Source: a virus. Taken from it: a stretch of 64,000 nucleotides of DNA. This document shows, one piece after another, positions 37,657 through 47,144 of this stretch. The notes beneath the pieces were generated by a model. That model searched no databases. It had not been told where the DNA came from and saw only the letters and a list, made by a program, of their open reading frames with translations. A program made the position numbers and the translations under genes. The stretch is from IMG/VR virus record IMGVR_UViG_3300037264_001145, positions 32,001 to 96,000 of that record; one strand, given 5' to 3'. Position 1 is the stretch's first letter; the number at the start of each line of letters is the position of its first letter.

Positions 37657-39362
37657 TAAAACACCTCGAACTTAAGTTTTGACTTATCAACATTGATCAT
37701 AGCCACTCTTTTTTCTTCGGATTGATTTCTGTGGCTTAAAATTTCAAGAAAATGATCTACCAAAGATTGTCTGTTCGTTGCTATTTTTTGACTACCTACA
37801 ATTCTAAAACCAGCATTAAGATGTTTTACCCATTCAGCGGAGAAGGCGGTGTTTACCATTTCTGGTCTATGAAATATACTCACCATGACCCAGTTTACAA
37901 ACTCTACGGAATCAAATTTATCAAAATTATCTGGTTTTGTAATCTCGGTCGTTTCTATTTGTGCAATGGGATTCAACCACGTTAAGTTTGGATCTTTGAT
38001 TTCACACTGGTTCAAAACATTTACCCAAATAGCCGCTGTTCTATCCCAAGAAAAGCGAGGAAGTTTTTCCTTTTGTCCATATACGTCTACTAGTTCCGTT
38101 GCGTATTTCACGGTTTCCTTCGACATTTCTTTTCTTTTTTCAGCAGAGAATCTAACGAATTTATCTAATTTTTGTACGAAGTCGTCGTTGTTCGGAAGAG
38201 CTCTTCGTTGCTCTGTCTCCGTAATACTTTCGTAAAAATATCTCCCAACTTCTATGGGGATGCTTGTTGGACAAACAAGGTGATCTTCCATAGCAGAATA
38301 TCTAACAGCCGCTATTGGGGTTCCACAAGCCATTGCGTCGTTACACGGCATACCATAGCCCTCTGATACGCTATATTGAACATACAGATCAAACAACCTC
38401 ATTATTTCAGCGAGAACTTCTCTTGATGGAGAAGAATCGGCATTTGGAGGATGTGCTGCTTTTTGTCTGCATCGTCTACACACAGCCCATTCCCCCTGAA
38501 AGAAACTTGGATAAACGGTTCCACAGTTGTTACATACATATGTCATTAAAACCTTTGTGCCAACCTTGAATTCTATAATTGCTCTTCCTATGTCATAACC
38601 AACGTCTGGATAACTTGTGTGCAAATATAAAAATGTCTTTTTAACTAAATCTATGTGTCCTTTTGTTTTTGCTTTATATACCCATTTAGAGAAGGCTTCT
38701 ACTAAATCATAATATAATTTTCTTTTTTGATTTCGCATGACCGTACCAATAATTATTGTACCTGGATCAATACTAAGTTTTAATTTGTGCGCCCCTTTGT
38801 CGTCTGGTGGTTTAAAAACGTTCAAGTCTGATCCGGGGGACGCAACGGTTATCATGTTTGTTCCCTTGAACGCATCTTTTTTCATTATGTCCCACGCCCA
38901 CTGAGAGTATGTCAGACACCCATCGCATCTTCTATAGATATCTAGCCACAAATCTCTTTGTGGAATTCCATCTATAGTTAACATCCAATACCAAATAAAA
39001 TATTTACGAAACACAGACTTGTCTATAAATTCGTCCATCCAATAGTCACGAATAGAGAGAACAATATCTGGTTTAAAATGCAAACAAACATCATCGAATC
39101 TCCATGCTCCGAATTGATTTATTGGATTAGACTTATAGGCTTCGTGCCCCTCTTCATCACCTTCTCCTGGGGCGACGGTATAAATTTGCCATGGAACCGA
39201 CTTTATTCTTGCGTCACCGTCGCGTCCATACGCACCTAATTCCGCTATCTCGAACTCACCAGTGTCATAAATTCTTTTGATAACTTCGTGCCAATATGTT
39301 GCGAAACCAGTTGCAAGAAAAGAAGCTTCGCCGACAAAAAGAACTCTTTTCTTCCTAGACAT
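37656..39362 (-). CDS. GT-B (GT4-like) glycosyltransferase with a zinc-ribbon insertion
   Basis: RNQKRK...DL.EAF; CNNCG...CRRC insert; YVQYSVSEGYGMPCNDAMACGTP. Confidence 0.9.
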   Translation of the reverse strand: MSRKKRVLFVGEASFLATGFATYWHEVIKRIYDTGEFEIAELGAYGRDGDARIKSVPWQIYTVAPGEGDEEGHEAYKSNPINQFGAWRFDDVCLHFKPDIVLSIRDYWMDEFIDKSVFRKYFIWYWMLTIDGIPQRDLWLDIYRRCDGCLTYSQWAWDIMKKDAFKGTNMITVASPGSDLNVFKPPDDKGAHKLKLSIDPGTIIIGTVMRNQKRKLYYDLVEAFSKWVYKAKTKGHIDLVKKTFLYLHTSYPDVGYDIGRAIIEFKVGTKVLMTYVCNNCGTVYPSFFQGEWAVCRRCRQKAAHPPNADSSPSREVLAEIMRLFDLYVQYSVSEGYGMPCNDAMACGTPIAAVRYSAMEDHLVCPTSIPIEVGRYFYESITETEQRRALPNNDDFVQKLDKFVRFSAEKRKEMSKETVKYATELVDVYGQKEKLPRFSWDRTAAIWVNVLNQCEIKDPNLTWLNPIAQIETTEITKPDNFDKFDSVEFVNWVMVSIFHRPEMVNTAFSAEWVKHLNAGFRIVGSQKIATNRQSLVDHFLEILSHRNQSEEKRVAMINVDKSKLKFEVF

Positions 39363-39909
39363 GTAATTTATCTCTTATTTTCTTAAACATTCTACATTTT
39401 TCTGTTCTACTTTTGTCTGTTTCGTCCGTTAATAATAAGTCCATTTCTTCTTCGGAGAGTCTGTCGTTAATTTCCATCAAATCCACTGGTTGTCTCATGT
39501 CTTGTATATCGTCACGTATTTCATTAATCGACATAGAAAGTTGTTTTAATTCCATCAATCTTTCATAAGATATATTTAACGTTCTGGCAATATATTCTTC
39601 TGTTTTACCATTATTAATATGCTGTCTAATTTTAGATGCTAAAACTTTATCTACAAATGAAGCATGTAGCGGTCCTGTAGATTTAATAGCCTCGTTTCTC
39701 ATTTCGTGACTTATTGACGCACAAACATATGTTTTGAATGAACCTTTTTCTATTTGCCATCGCTTACAAGCCTTCCACAATGCGATTAGTCCTATTTGCG
39801 TATAATCGTTGCGCGACAAATAGCTGTTGTGATAGATGATGGATACCCTACGAGACAAGCTATTGATAAACCTAATATATTGCTTGTAGTTAGAACGGAA
39901 TTTCTTCAT
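39355..39909 (-). CDS. Phage-encoded sigma-70 family sigma factor (region 2 clear, region 4 degenerate)
   Basis: NDYTQIGLIALWKACKRW..EKGSFKTYV...I..EMRNE (region 2); short C-terminus lacking a full HTH. Confidence 0.8.
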   Translation of the reverse strand: MKKFRSNYKQYIRFINSLSRRVSIIYHNSYLSRNDYTQIGLIALWKACKRWQIEKGSFKTYVCASISHEMRNEAIKSTGPLHASFVDKVLASKIRQHINNGKTEEYIARTLNISYERLMELKQLSMSINEIRDDIQDMRQPVDLMEINDRLSEEEMDLLLTDETDKSRTEKCRMFKKIRDKLHV

Positions 39910-40381
39910 TCTCTTCCGCCTCTGATGGTACTGTTACTGGTTCTGGTTGCGGCTGTGATTTAACAGCAGTAGGCTTTGTCTTTTTGTTTTGGGGAGGAGC
40001 AGGAGCGGGAGCGGGAGCAACTTCCTTCTCCACAGAAGCAGCAACGACTGTTTCCCCATTTGTTTTTTGTACGACTTCAAAACTATTCAAAGTTAACACA
40101 AGAACCGTTCTTTTATCACCCTCCGTACTAGTCCATGAATCTTGTTTAATATAACCTTCAACAAAAACAGGAACACCCTTCTTGACAAATTGTGCAAACT
40201 TTTCGGCTCTTGGTCCAAAAATTTGACACTTAACAAAAGACACTTCCTTTTGCCACGCCCCATCCTTGTCCTTATAACTCTTATTGAAGGCTAAACTTAC
40301 GTTAGCCACGCTCGAAGTACCAAGTGGTCGCATTTCACTATCGGTTGTGGCGATCCCAACCCCATAAGCCTTGAGTTCCAT
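39890..40381 (-). CDS. ssb: Single-stranded DNA-binding protein
   Basis: OB-fold VANVSLAFN...EVSFVKCQIFG..AE....KKG..VFVEG.I....W and an acidic EEIPF tail. Confidence 0.93.
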   Translation of the reverse strand: MELKAYGVGIATTDSEMRPLGTSSVANVSLAFNKSYKDKDGAWQKEVSFVKCQIFGPRAEKFAQFVKKGVPVFVEGYIKQDSWTSTEGDKRTVLVLTLNSFEVVQKTNGETVVAASVEKEVAPAPAPAPPQNKKTKPTAVKSQPQPEPVTVPSEAEENEEIPF

Positions 40382-40430
40382 TTATTTCTCCTTTAAAAAC
40401 ACTATTTCCATAAGATATTATACCTGTCAC

Positions 40431-42185
40431 TCAAATTAATTTTCGAAGATCTGTAATAATTATTGATCCATTCTGTTTATGTCCAAAAATCATACAAACT
40501 AATGTGTCTTTACAAAGTCCATGAATTTTCTCATAAGTGTCTGGAAAAACTACCGCATGATCAATACTGTACGAAGAATCAGATATTGTAAGAAAACACA
40601 TTGGCGCACCAGGATTTTTCCCCTTCTTTGTCTTGGTGTGTTTTACGGAATCTATTACAGCACAAACCGAAAAACTTTCGCCGTTCAAAGCCTTAATTAA
40701 ATCTAAACAATTGTGTGAAGCAGCACTATCATCTGCGTCGTCAGAAGGAGAACAACTTAAAGAAATACCAAGGAAATATTTTTCTGCTGTTGATTTACCA
40801 AGATTCGTGTCTATTTCATCTTTTGCTAATTGATTCAATTTACCTTCGATGACTTTTAATCTTTTCGGCCCGACGCATGATTTGGAGGAGGATTCGTCAT
40901 AACCATTTTCTTTTAATTTGTTGATAATATCAAGCTTGGTCATTCCAGAAAAATCAAATGTTTCCCCTAGAATATTTTTAGACCATCCTATAATATCATC
41001 TTTTTTCATAGACGATAGAGACTTGCCTGGCATTTTTGACGCTTGTTCAACCATTTCGGTTAGAACATCTCTCATAGTTTTGTCGTCGCCATCGAACAAC
41101 TTATCAAAAAACCAATCTCTCTCCTTGTCTGTCAAGCCCCTAATTTCTTTATTTTTACCATCCTTGTCCCTGACAGACGTGCCAAATAGAATTTCTAGTT
41201 CTTTTACCATTTGCGATCTTTCCATTTGGTAACAGTCACAGGCACCGGATTTTATTAAAGCAATCCCAACGCTTCTATGGATAAGAGGTAACGATTTTAA
41301 AAACTCGTTCCACGTAGATAAAGATTCCTTGCTTTGTTCTACGATTTTAGATATCGCAGATTGACCAACCCCCCTTATATTTGAAAGACCAAATTTTATA
41401 CCGCTGTCTATCATTTGGAAGTGGACATTACGAACCCTAATATCGGGCGGAAATACATCTATCCCAAACAATCTTGCGTCCTGTACTAGCTTATAGACCT
41501 CTTCTTTGGGATCGGATTTGTAATTAGAGAATGTTAAATAACTAGTAAAAAATTCGTTTGGAAAGTGTGTTTTTATCCAAGCCGTTGTATAACTAAGCAT
41601 CCCATAACTTATGGCGTGGGATTTATTAAAAGAATATCTTTGACTTTTTTCAATCCATCCAAAAATTTGTTTTGCTGTATCTGTTGATACCAATCCTTTT
41701 TTAAGACACCCATCTATGAATTTGATTTTTAATTTTGCCATTAGCTCTGGTTTTTTCTTACCCATGGCTTTTCTTAGTTCGTCTGCGTTCTCTAACGAGA
41801 ATCCCGCAACTTCTGTTGCTATTTTGATGGCTTGTTCCTGATAGACCAAACAACCGTAAGTGTCGCCCAAAATATCTTTGAGACGTGGGTGCAAATAATT
41901 GGGTTGTTTTCTACCAAATTTTATATCTACGTATTCTTCAGATTGTCCACTTTCTAAACAACCCGGCCTCACCAATGCGGTCAGCGCAGCTAATTCCTGA
42001 ATATTTGATGGCTTGACTTTTCTAGCCCATTCTTGTCCAAGTCTAGTTTCCAGTTGAAAAACACCCGTAGTAAAACCAGAGGATATTAGTGCCCAAACCG
42101 CAGCGCAATCTAATGATATATTATTTGAATCGAATTTGCCTTTTTCGACTTGGCAATCACAAGAAGAAAATTTAATCGTGTCCAT
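40431..42185 (-). CDS. dnaE: DNA polymerase III alpha, C-terminal half (fingers, HhH, OB)
   Basis: TTGVFQLE, ALVRPG, LVYQEQ, LRKAMGKKK, YSFNKSHA, IKFGLSNIRGVG, C-terminal OB fold. Confidence 0.93.
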   Translation of the reverse strand: MDTIKFSSCDCQVEKGKFDSNNISLDCAAVWALISSGFTTGVFQLETRLGQEWARKVKPSNIQELAALTALVRPGCLESGQSEEYVDIKFGRKQPNYLHPRLKDILGDTYGCLVYQEQAIKIATEVAGFSLENADELRKAMGKKKPELMAKLKIKFIDGCLKKGLVSTDTAKQIFGWIEKSQRYSFNKSHAISYGMLSYTTAWIKTHFPNEFFTSYLTFSNYKSDPKEEVYKLVQDARLFGIDVFPPDIRVRNVHFQMIDSGIKFGLSNIRGVGQSAISKIVEQSKESLSTWNEFLKSLPLIHRSVGIALIKSGACDCYQMERSQMVKELEILFGTSVRDKDGKNKEIRGLTDKERDWFFDKLFDGDDKTMRDVLTEMVEQASKMPGKSLSSMKKDDIIGWSKNILGETFDFSGMTKLDIINKLKENGYDESSSKSCVGPKRLKVIEGKLNQLAKDEIDTNLGKSTAEKYFLGISLSCSPSDDADDSAASHNCLDLIKALNGESFSVCAVIDSVKHTKTKKGKNPGAPMCFLTISDSSYSIDHAVVFPDTYEKIHGLCKDTLVCMIFGHKQNGSIIITDLRKLI

Positions 42186-42217
42186 ATTCTATTATACCAG
42201 CAAAGCCATTAGATTTG

Positions 42218-42418
42218 TTAGCCGTCGTACATTCCAAGCAATCTGAATCCGCCTCGTCGGTCCCTAACGTAATCTGTGCCAGGACAACCTAGAGGATAAT
42301 AGGTTTTACTAACGCCACAGTTTTTTATACATTTTATTGTGATTCTATCTGTACAAGATTTATCGTGATCTATTACAAAAATACTGCCACAAGCGCATCT
42401 ATATTTATGTTTTTTCAT
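42218..42418 (-). CDS. Small Cys-rich (zinc-ribbon) protein
   Basis: CACG...C...C...C pattern; coupled to the upstream gene. Confidence 0.5.
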   Translation of the reverse strand: MKKHKYRCACGSIFVIDHDKSCTDRITIKCIKNCGVSKTYYPLGCPGTDYVRDRRGGFRLLGMYDG

Positions 42419-43406
42419 TTTTATCTCTTATCGACCCTAAAAGTCTTAAAATATCAAAACTCCCATCCGAAGATACTGGCACTATCTCTTTTATTCTATC
42501 GGGAAAATGATCCCAATAAACGATACTTTTACCACTAACATCTTCTTTCCATGGTGTTGTTAATTTAATCGCGTCCGTTAAATAATTTACCAATAATGAA
42601 AATGAACCTTGGCCAGATACAAATATGTCGGATGCGACAAGATGATAAAATGTTGAAAATACATCTTCGTCTATGTGTAATTTTATTTGTCGTTTGTCGG
42701 GAAGACGGTGCGATGATAAAACTCGCTTTTCTTTCTCTAACATATCCCATACATATATGTGGAATGTAATGTCTTGTAGCTCTTTCATGTTGCTCAAATT
42801 TTCTATTATTTTGAAATAATGATCAAGGCCCATCCATCTTCTATATCCATTTGCTTCTGTGACATCGCCTCTTCGGATGTGAATTCCAATATTTGTTGTG
42901 TCTTTGTCGAAATAACACTTAAAATTTTTGACTTGTTTGGAGTTATTGTATTTTCGTTTTAGGTCGTTGTTTTCATAAATATCCCAGTCTATATCAATAA
43001 ATTGTCCATCTGCCTGGCTACTTACTCTAAATAGAACATCGAGATCTTGGTTAAGCCCAGGATCTTGTATTAACTTCGCAAATTTTATATCGTCCCATGT
43101 AGTTTTTCCTTTCCACAACCAAGGAAGTTCTATCTCTTTACACCCCTTGGGAACATCACTTGTCGCCAGTTCGCCTTCGTGAAAGTTTAAAAAATCATTC
43201 CACGCTTTCACTGGCGTTGTTATTTGATAGAAGTTTGTTCCTTTTCTGTCAAACGTTCCATCTGTTTCTCCCTGAAATGGCTGATAAACGAATTTTAGAT
43301 TATATTTTTTAGCTAAAGTATATGGCACTAAAAAATTGCTAAATTGATGGCCTATTCCTGCTGCTCCACCATTATTAGCCTTCGGGTTAGATACTATGTA
43401 TTTCAT
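42405..43406 (-). CDS. GT11-like (alpha-1,2-fucosyltransferase-like) glycosyltransferase
   Basis: GIGHQFSNF near the N-terminus, IGIHIRRGD nucleotide-sugar motif, SDIFV...GSFS. Confidence 0.7.
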   Translation of the reverse strand: MKYIVSNPKANNGGAAGIGHQFSNFLVPYTLAKKYNLKFVYQPFQGETDGTFDRKGTNFYQITTPVKAWNDFLNFHEGELATSDVPKGCKEIELPWLWKGKTTWDDIKFAKLIQDPGLNQDLDVLFRVSSQADGQFIDIDWDIYENNDLKRKYNNSKQVKNFKCYFDKDTTNIGIHIRRGDVTEANGYRRWMGLDHYFKIIENLSNMKELQDITFHIYVWDMLEKEKRVLSSHRLPDKRQIKLHIDEDVFSTFYHLVASDIFVSGQGSFSLLVNYLTDAIKLTTPWKEDVSGKSIVYWDHFPDRIKEIVPVSSDGSFDILRLLGSIRDKNEKT

Positions 43407-44089
43407 TGTGGTTTAATCCTTTCAAATAAAACATTACATGTATTAGTGCGAAGCTTATTGAAACCTGGCAACAATTTTACCAGATCTCTTTCGTAAACTC
43501 CATCTTCCCACATATTCCCGGTACATTCTGTATATAAGTATTTTGTTATTTCTAGAGTTTCTTTTGCCCCATCAAGGAATTTGCGTTCTGCGCCATTAAC
43601 GTCTGCCCATATTAAATCTATGTTTTTTATTCCTTCTTGTTTTATAAAAGTGTCCAATCTTCTACCAAAAACACTAACTCCTTTTCCAAAAGGAATATCT
43701 GGATGTGCCCTCAAATGTTCTTTTGGTTTATTTAAAGATCCAGAGCCGCTCCAGTCTGTTATTCCCTCCTTAATCCAATGTGGAACCCCATGGCTTTCGT
43801 AAAAAATAGTTGGTCCATCAACATCTGATATTGCTTCTTCTATCAACTTATATCTATCTCCGCAGCCCCATAATGTAGACTGGTTTTCTGACAACTCCTT
43901 GATCTTTTTTATATTTCTTGGGTCTGGTTCAAAGCTAAATACCTTGGACTTTGGAAAAACACTAAGAAAATTTCTTGTGTCCTTTCCGTCATAAGCCCCT
44001 ATTTCTATAATCAACGGGTTATCTTTGTTAATTAACCCGCCTATATATCTAATTATGTCTAGATTCATATTATGGTCTACGCTTGTCAC
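43403..44089 (-). CDS. FkbM-family methyltransferase
   Basis: IIEIGAYDG...FSFEPDPRN...RLDTF...IDLIWADVNGAE..FL.GA..TL...YLYTE. Confidence 0.92.
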   Translation of the reverse strand: MTSVDHNMNLDIIRYIGGLINKDNPLIIEIGAYDGKDTRNFLSVFPKSKVFSFEPDPRNIKKIKELSENQSTLWGCGDRYKLIEEAISDVDGPTIFYESHGVPHWIKEGITDWSGSGSLNKPKEHLRAHPDIPFGKGVSVFGRRLDTFIKQEGIKNIDLIWADVNGAERKFLDGAKETLEITKYLYTECTGNMWEDGVYERDLVKLLPGFNKLRTNTCNVLFERIKPQ

Positions 44090-44622
44090 TTTTCACACTC
44101 CGTGTTTAAGCTTATCAGTGTCCCGTTTTCAAAATCCATTTTTGGAATATAGGCGCGAGAACAATCGTCATGTTGTGAATGCTCCGTGTTTCTCCAATCC
44201 CACAACCTAATATTTTTGAATCCTATTTTTTCTAACAAATTTTTTAAAGAAACAAAATCGTAGCATGTTTTATGATATATTGTTCCGTCGCCCATTTGCA
44301 TTTTTCCATAAAGCGGCCCCAAGAAATTATCTAACGAGAACATCCTTGAAAAATATAAGCGTACCATTTGTTCAAAATCTGGAACAGCTAAACGAAGAGT
44401 TCCTCCTTGTTTTAAAACCCTAAACCATTCCTCTAACACAAGCACGACTTCCGCTCTGTCGAAATACTCAAGAACATGAGAAGCATAAATTATATCAGCA
44501 GAATTATCTCCAAAAGGTAACTTTGTGACATCGTGAGAATGTAGGTATGGGAAATCTCCTCCGTCTATGCTTGTCCAGTCTGATCCAAAATCTCTTTTCC
44601 CACACCCCAAATGAAGTTTCAC
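44086..44622 (-). CDS. Class I SAM-dependent methyltransferase
   Basis: KLHLGCG, LPFGDNSADIIYASHVLEY, EWFRVLKQGGTLRLAVPD. Confidence 0.9.
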   Translation of the reverse strand: MKLHLGCGKRDFGSDWTSIDGGDFPYLHSHDVTKLPFGDNSADIIYASHVLEYFDRAEVVLVLEEWFRVLKQGGTLRLAVPDFEQMVRLYFSRMFSLDNFLGPLYGKMQMGDGTIYHKTCYDFVSLKNLLEKIGFKNIRLWDWRNTEHSQHDDCSRAYIPKMDFENGTLISLNTECEK

Positions 44623-45038
44623 TATATGAACTCCTTGTCTTCTGTTTGGCCGTGATACGGCCCCGTTTTGTATTCGTACACAACCGTATCGTCATCTAAC
44701 GACATATAGTTATGACCGCCCTCTAGTGTGATAGAGCAATCCAAAGAATGCAATACTATGTCATCCCTCAAAATCTTATTGTCGATATCGTACAGGGTAA
44801 CTTTTACCCTTCCTCTTAAGACAACCCACGACTCCTGTGCAATCTTGGTTTCATTAGAATTTTTCCATTTATGTTTGTGTGGTTTAAAAGTTTGAAGTTC
44901 ACGAAGTCTGATTGTTGCCATCTGTATAAAATTATGACAAGGCACAACATCTTCTCTTCCTTCTTGAATATCAAGAAACCTATTTATTATATGTAAAAGC
45001 TTTCCTGGTATAACTTTTGAATATATGTATTCTGCCAT
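44622..45038 (-). CDS. Cupin-fold protein (WbuC-like)
   Basis: PHKH...QESWVVLRG...GGHNY...YEYKTGPY. Confidence 0.75.
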   Translation of the reverse strand: MAEYIYSKVIPGKLLHIINRFLDIQEGREDVVPCHNFIQMATIRLRELQTFKPHKHKWKNSNETKIAQESWVVLRGRVKVTLYDIDNKILRDDIVLHSLDCSITLEGGHNYMSLDDDTVVYEYKTGPYHGQTEDKEFI

Positions 45039-45045
45039 AATTTAT

Positions 45046-46074
45046 TTACTTTACTCTAATGGCCCCTGTCCACTTACTGCTCGATTGTATGCCTGATTTT
45101 CCGTAGTAACCAAGCCAGTATTCAACCATCTCATCCAATAATGTTTCAAACGTATATTTTGGTTTCCATCCAAGAATAGTCCTTACTTTTGTAGAATCTC
45201 CTCTTAGAAAGTTTAATTCTTCTGGTCGTAGAAGTCTTGGATCTTGAACAACAAACTTTCTATAGTCCATACCAAGTTTACCGAAAACATAATCGCAAAG
45301 TTCTCTAACAGAATGGGCTTCGCCAGTAGCAACGGTAAAATCATCTGGTTCTTTGTGGCTTAGAATCATTTGCATCGCTCTTACATAATCATAACTGTGT
45401 CCCCAGTCTCTACTTGAATCCATATTTCCAAGCGTCAAAGTTTTTGTTAACCCAAGACTTATTTCTACCGCCCCCATGACAACTTTAGAAGTTACGAAAT
45501 TACTTCCTCTGCGTGGGGATTCGTGGTTGTGAAGTATTCCATTAGAACAGAATAAGCCAAAGGCTCGGCGATAATATCTTACCATATTAAAACTAAAAAG
45601 TTTAGAGCATCCATAGACACTCACCGGGTCTTTTGGTGTCGTCTCTCTTTGAAATTTATCTTCGTCAAAATTATTTCCGAAAATCTCAGAGCTACTTGCT
45701 TGATAGAATTTAGCGCTTGGAGCAAACTTACGAAAAGCTTCTAGCATATTGGCTACGCCCAAAGCATTAATTTGTACTGTATAGATTGGTATATCCGCAC
45801 TTATTCTTACGTGAGACATAGCACCCAAATTATAGATTTCGTCTGGTTGTGATTCTTTTATGACTTTTTCTATGGAAGACCCGTCAGACAAATCTCCATA
45901 ATAGGTATTTAACCTTTTAGATAAATGACATATTCTACTGTCCTGATTTTCTGCTACACTATGTCTGCGCAACATTCCATGAACATCATAGCCCAAATCC
46001 AATAAATGTTCTGCTAAATAAGAACCGTCTTGTCCACTTATACCAGTAATAAGTGCAACTCTTTTTTTGCTCAT
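45046..46074 (-). CDS. gmd: GDP-mannose 4,6-dehydratase
   Basis: ALITGISGQDGSYLAEHLL, PDEIYNLGAMSHV, YQASSSEIFG, YGCSK, HESPRRG.NFVT, RDWGH. Confidence 0.96.
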   Translation of the reverse strand: MSKKRVALITGISGQDGSYLAEHLLDLGYDVHGMLRRHSVAENQDSRICHLSKRLNTYYGDLSDGSSIEKVIKESQPDEIYNLGAMSHVRISADIPIYTVQINALGVANMLEAFRKFAPSAKFYQASSSEIFGNNFDEDKFQRETTPKDPVSVYGCSKLFSFNMVRYYRRAFGLFCSNGILHNHESPRRGSNFVTSKVVMGAVEISLGLTKTLTLGNMDSSRDWGHSYDYVRAMQMILSHKEPDDFTVATGEAHSVRELCDYVFGKLGMDYRKFVVQDPRLLRPEELNFLRGDSTKVRTILGWKPKYTFETLLDEMVEYWLGYYGKSGIQSSSKWTGAIRVK

Positions 46075-47144
46075 TTTACACCTTTCGTGTCTGTATAAAC
46101 CCTTTTTATTATCTTACATATTCTTCGAATTTGCCTACTCGTCAAATCTAAGCTCGACGGTAAATATACTAGTTCTTCGGATATTTCTTTTGCGCCTGGA
46201 AATTTAGCTCTTGTTTTATATACTGGGTTGTCCGAAATACATTTATAGTATTTTGTTGCTTGAATATTTTCTGATTTTAATGCTTCTATTATTTCGTTGG
46301 CAAAATGGGTTCTGTAGACCACCATCCACAAACTTTCTTTGTCTATTGTATTCGGAGAAAATCTGTAAGGTCTAATCCCGTTTATGTAATAGTTATTGAA
46401 AACTTGCCATCGTTTTTCCAGTAGGACTTTAATATCCCTTAATTGACTTAGAACATAACTTGCTTGAATATCACTGTATCTAAAATTGACGCCAATATGC
46501 TTGTGTAGACGATCTTTTCTCCATTGATCCCCATGGTCCCTGATCTGTCCTAATCTTTTGGCTACCTTGTCATCGTCCGTCACCACAGCCCCGCCCTGAC
46601 CCCCTGTAATCAATTTAGGGACACTAAAGGAGAACACCCCTACATTTCCTGTCCTGCCCGCATACGGCATCCCAATTGACTGGCATGAATCTTCTATTAT
46701 TGGTATGTTATGTGTACTACAGAATTTTTTAACAGCCCCAATATCATCTCCGTAATATGCGTTGTGATTAACGAATATTACACAACTGATGTTTTTATTA
46801 AATTTCAATTTATCTACATCTATACAAAGCGTGTATGGATTTATGTCTACAAGCTTTACTTTATATCCCATGAATCTGGCCGCATTTGCTCCCGCCAAGA
46901 AGGTGTAGGCGGGGAATATAATTGTAGACCCCCTTGGGAGTTTAAGGGCTTCAATAGCCATGATTAGCGCAACTGTTCCGCTCGTGGTTGTAAAGCAATA
47001 TTTTGAACCAGTTAATTTCTTGATTTCTTCTTCCAACAAAAGACATTCTGAACCCGGACCCAAATTGCCTTTGCGAAGAGTTTTAAATACAGCCCATGCA
47101 TCTTTGAATCGACATAATGGACTAAATTGAGATATTTTTTTCAT
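46071..47144 (-). CDS. DegT/DnrJ/EryC1/StrS PLP-dependent sugar aminotransferase (perosamine synthase-like)
   Basis: TSGTVAL, IEDSCQSIG, FSFSVPKLITGGQGGAVVT (catalytic Lys), G.NFR, YLPSS; adjacent to gmd. Confidence 0.88.
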   Translation of the reverse strand: MKKISQFSPLCRFKDAWAVFKTLRKGNLGPGSECLLLEEEIKKLTGSKYCFTTTSGTVALIMAIEALKLPRGSTIIFPAYTFLAGANAARFMGYKVKLVDINPYTLCIDVDKLKFNKNISCVIFVNHNAYYGDDIGAVKKFCSTHNIPIIEDSCQSIGMPYAGRTGNVGVFSFSVPKLITGGQGGAVVTDDDKVAKRLGQIRDHGDQWRKDRLHKHIGVNFRYSDIQASYVLSQLRDIKVLLEKRWQVFNNYYINGIRPYRFSPNTIDKESLWMVVYRTHFANEIIEALKSENIQATKYYKCISDNPVYKTRAKFPGAKEISEELVYLPSSLDLTSRQIRRICKIIKRVYTDTKGVK

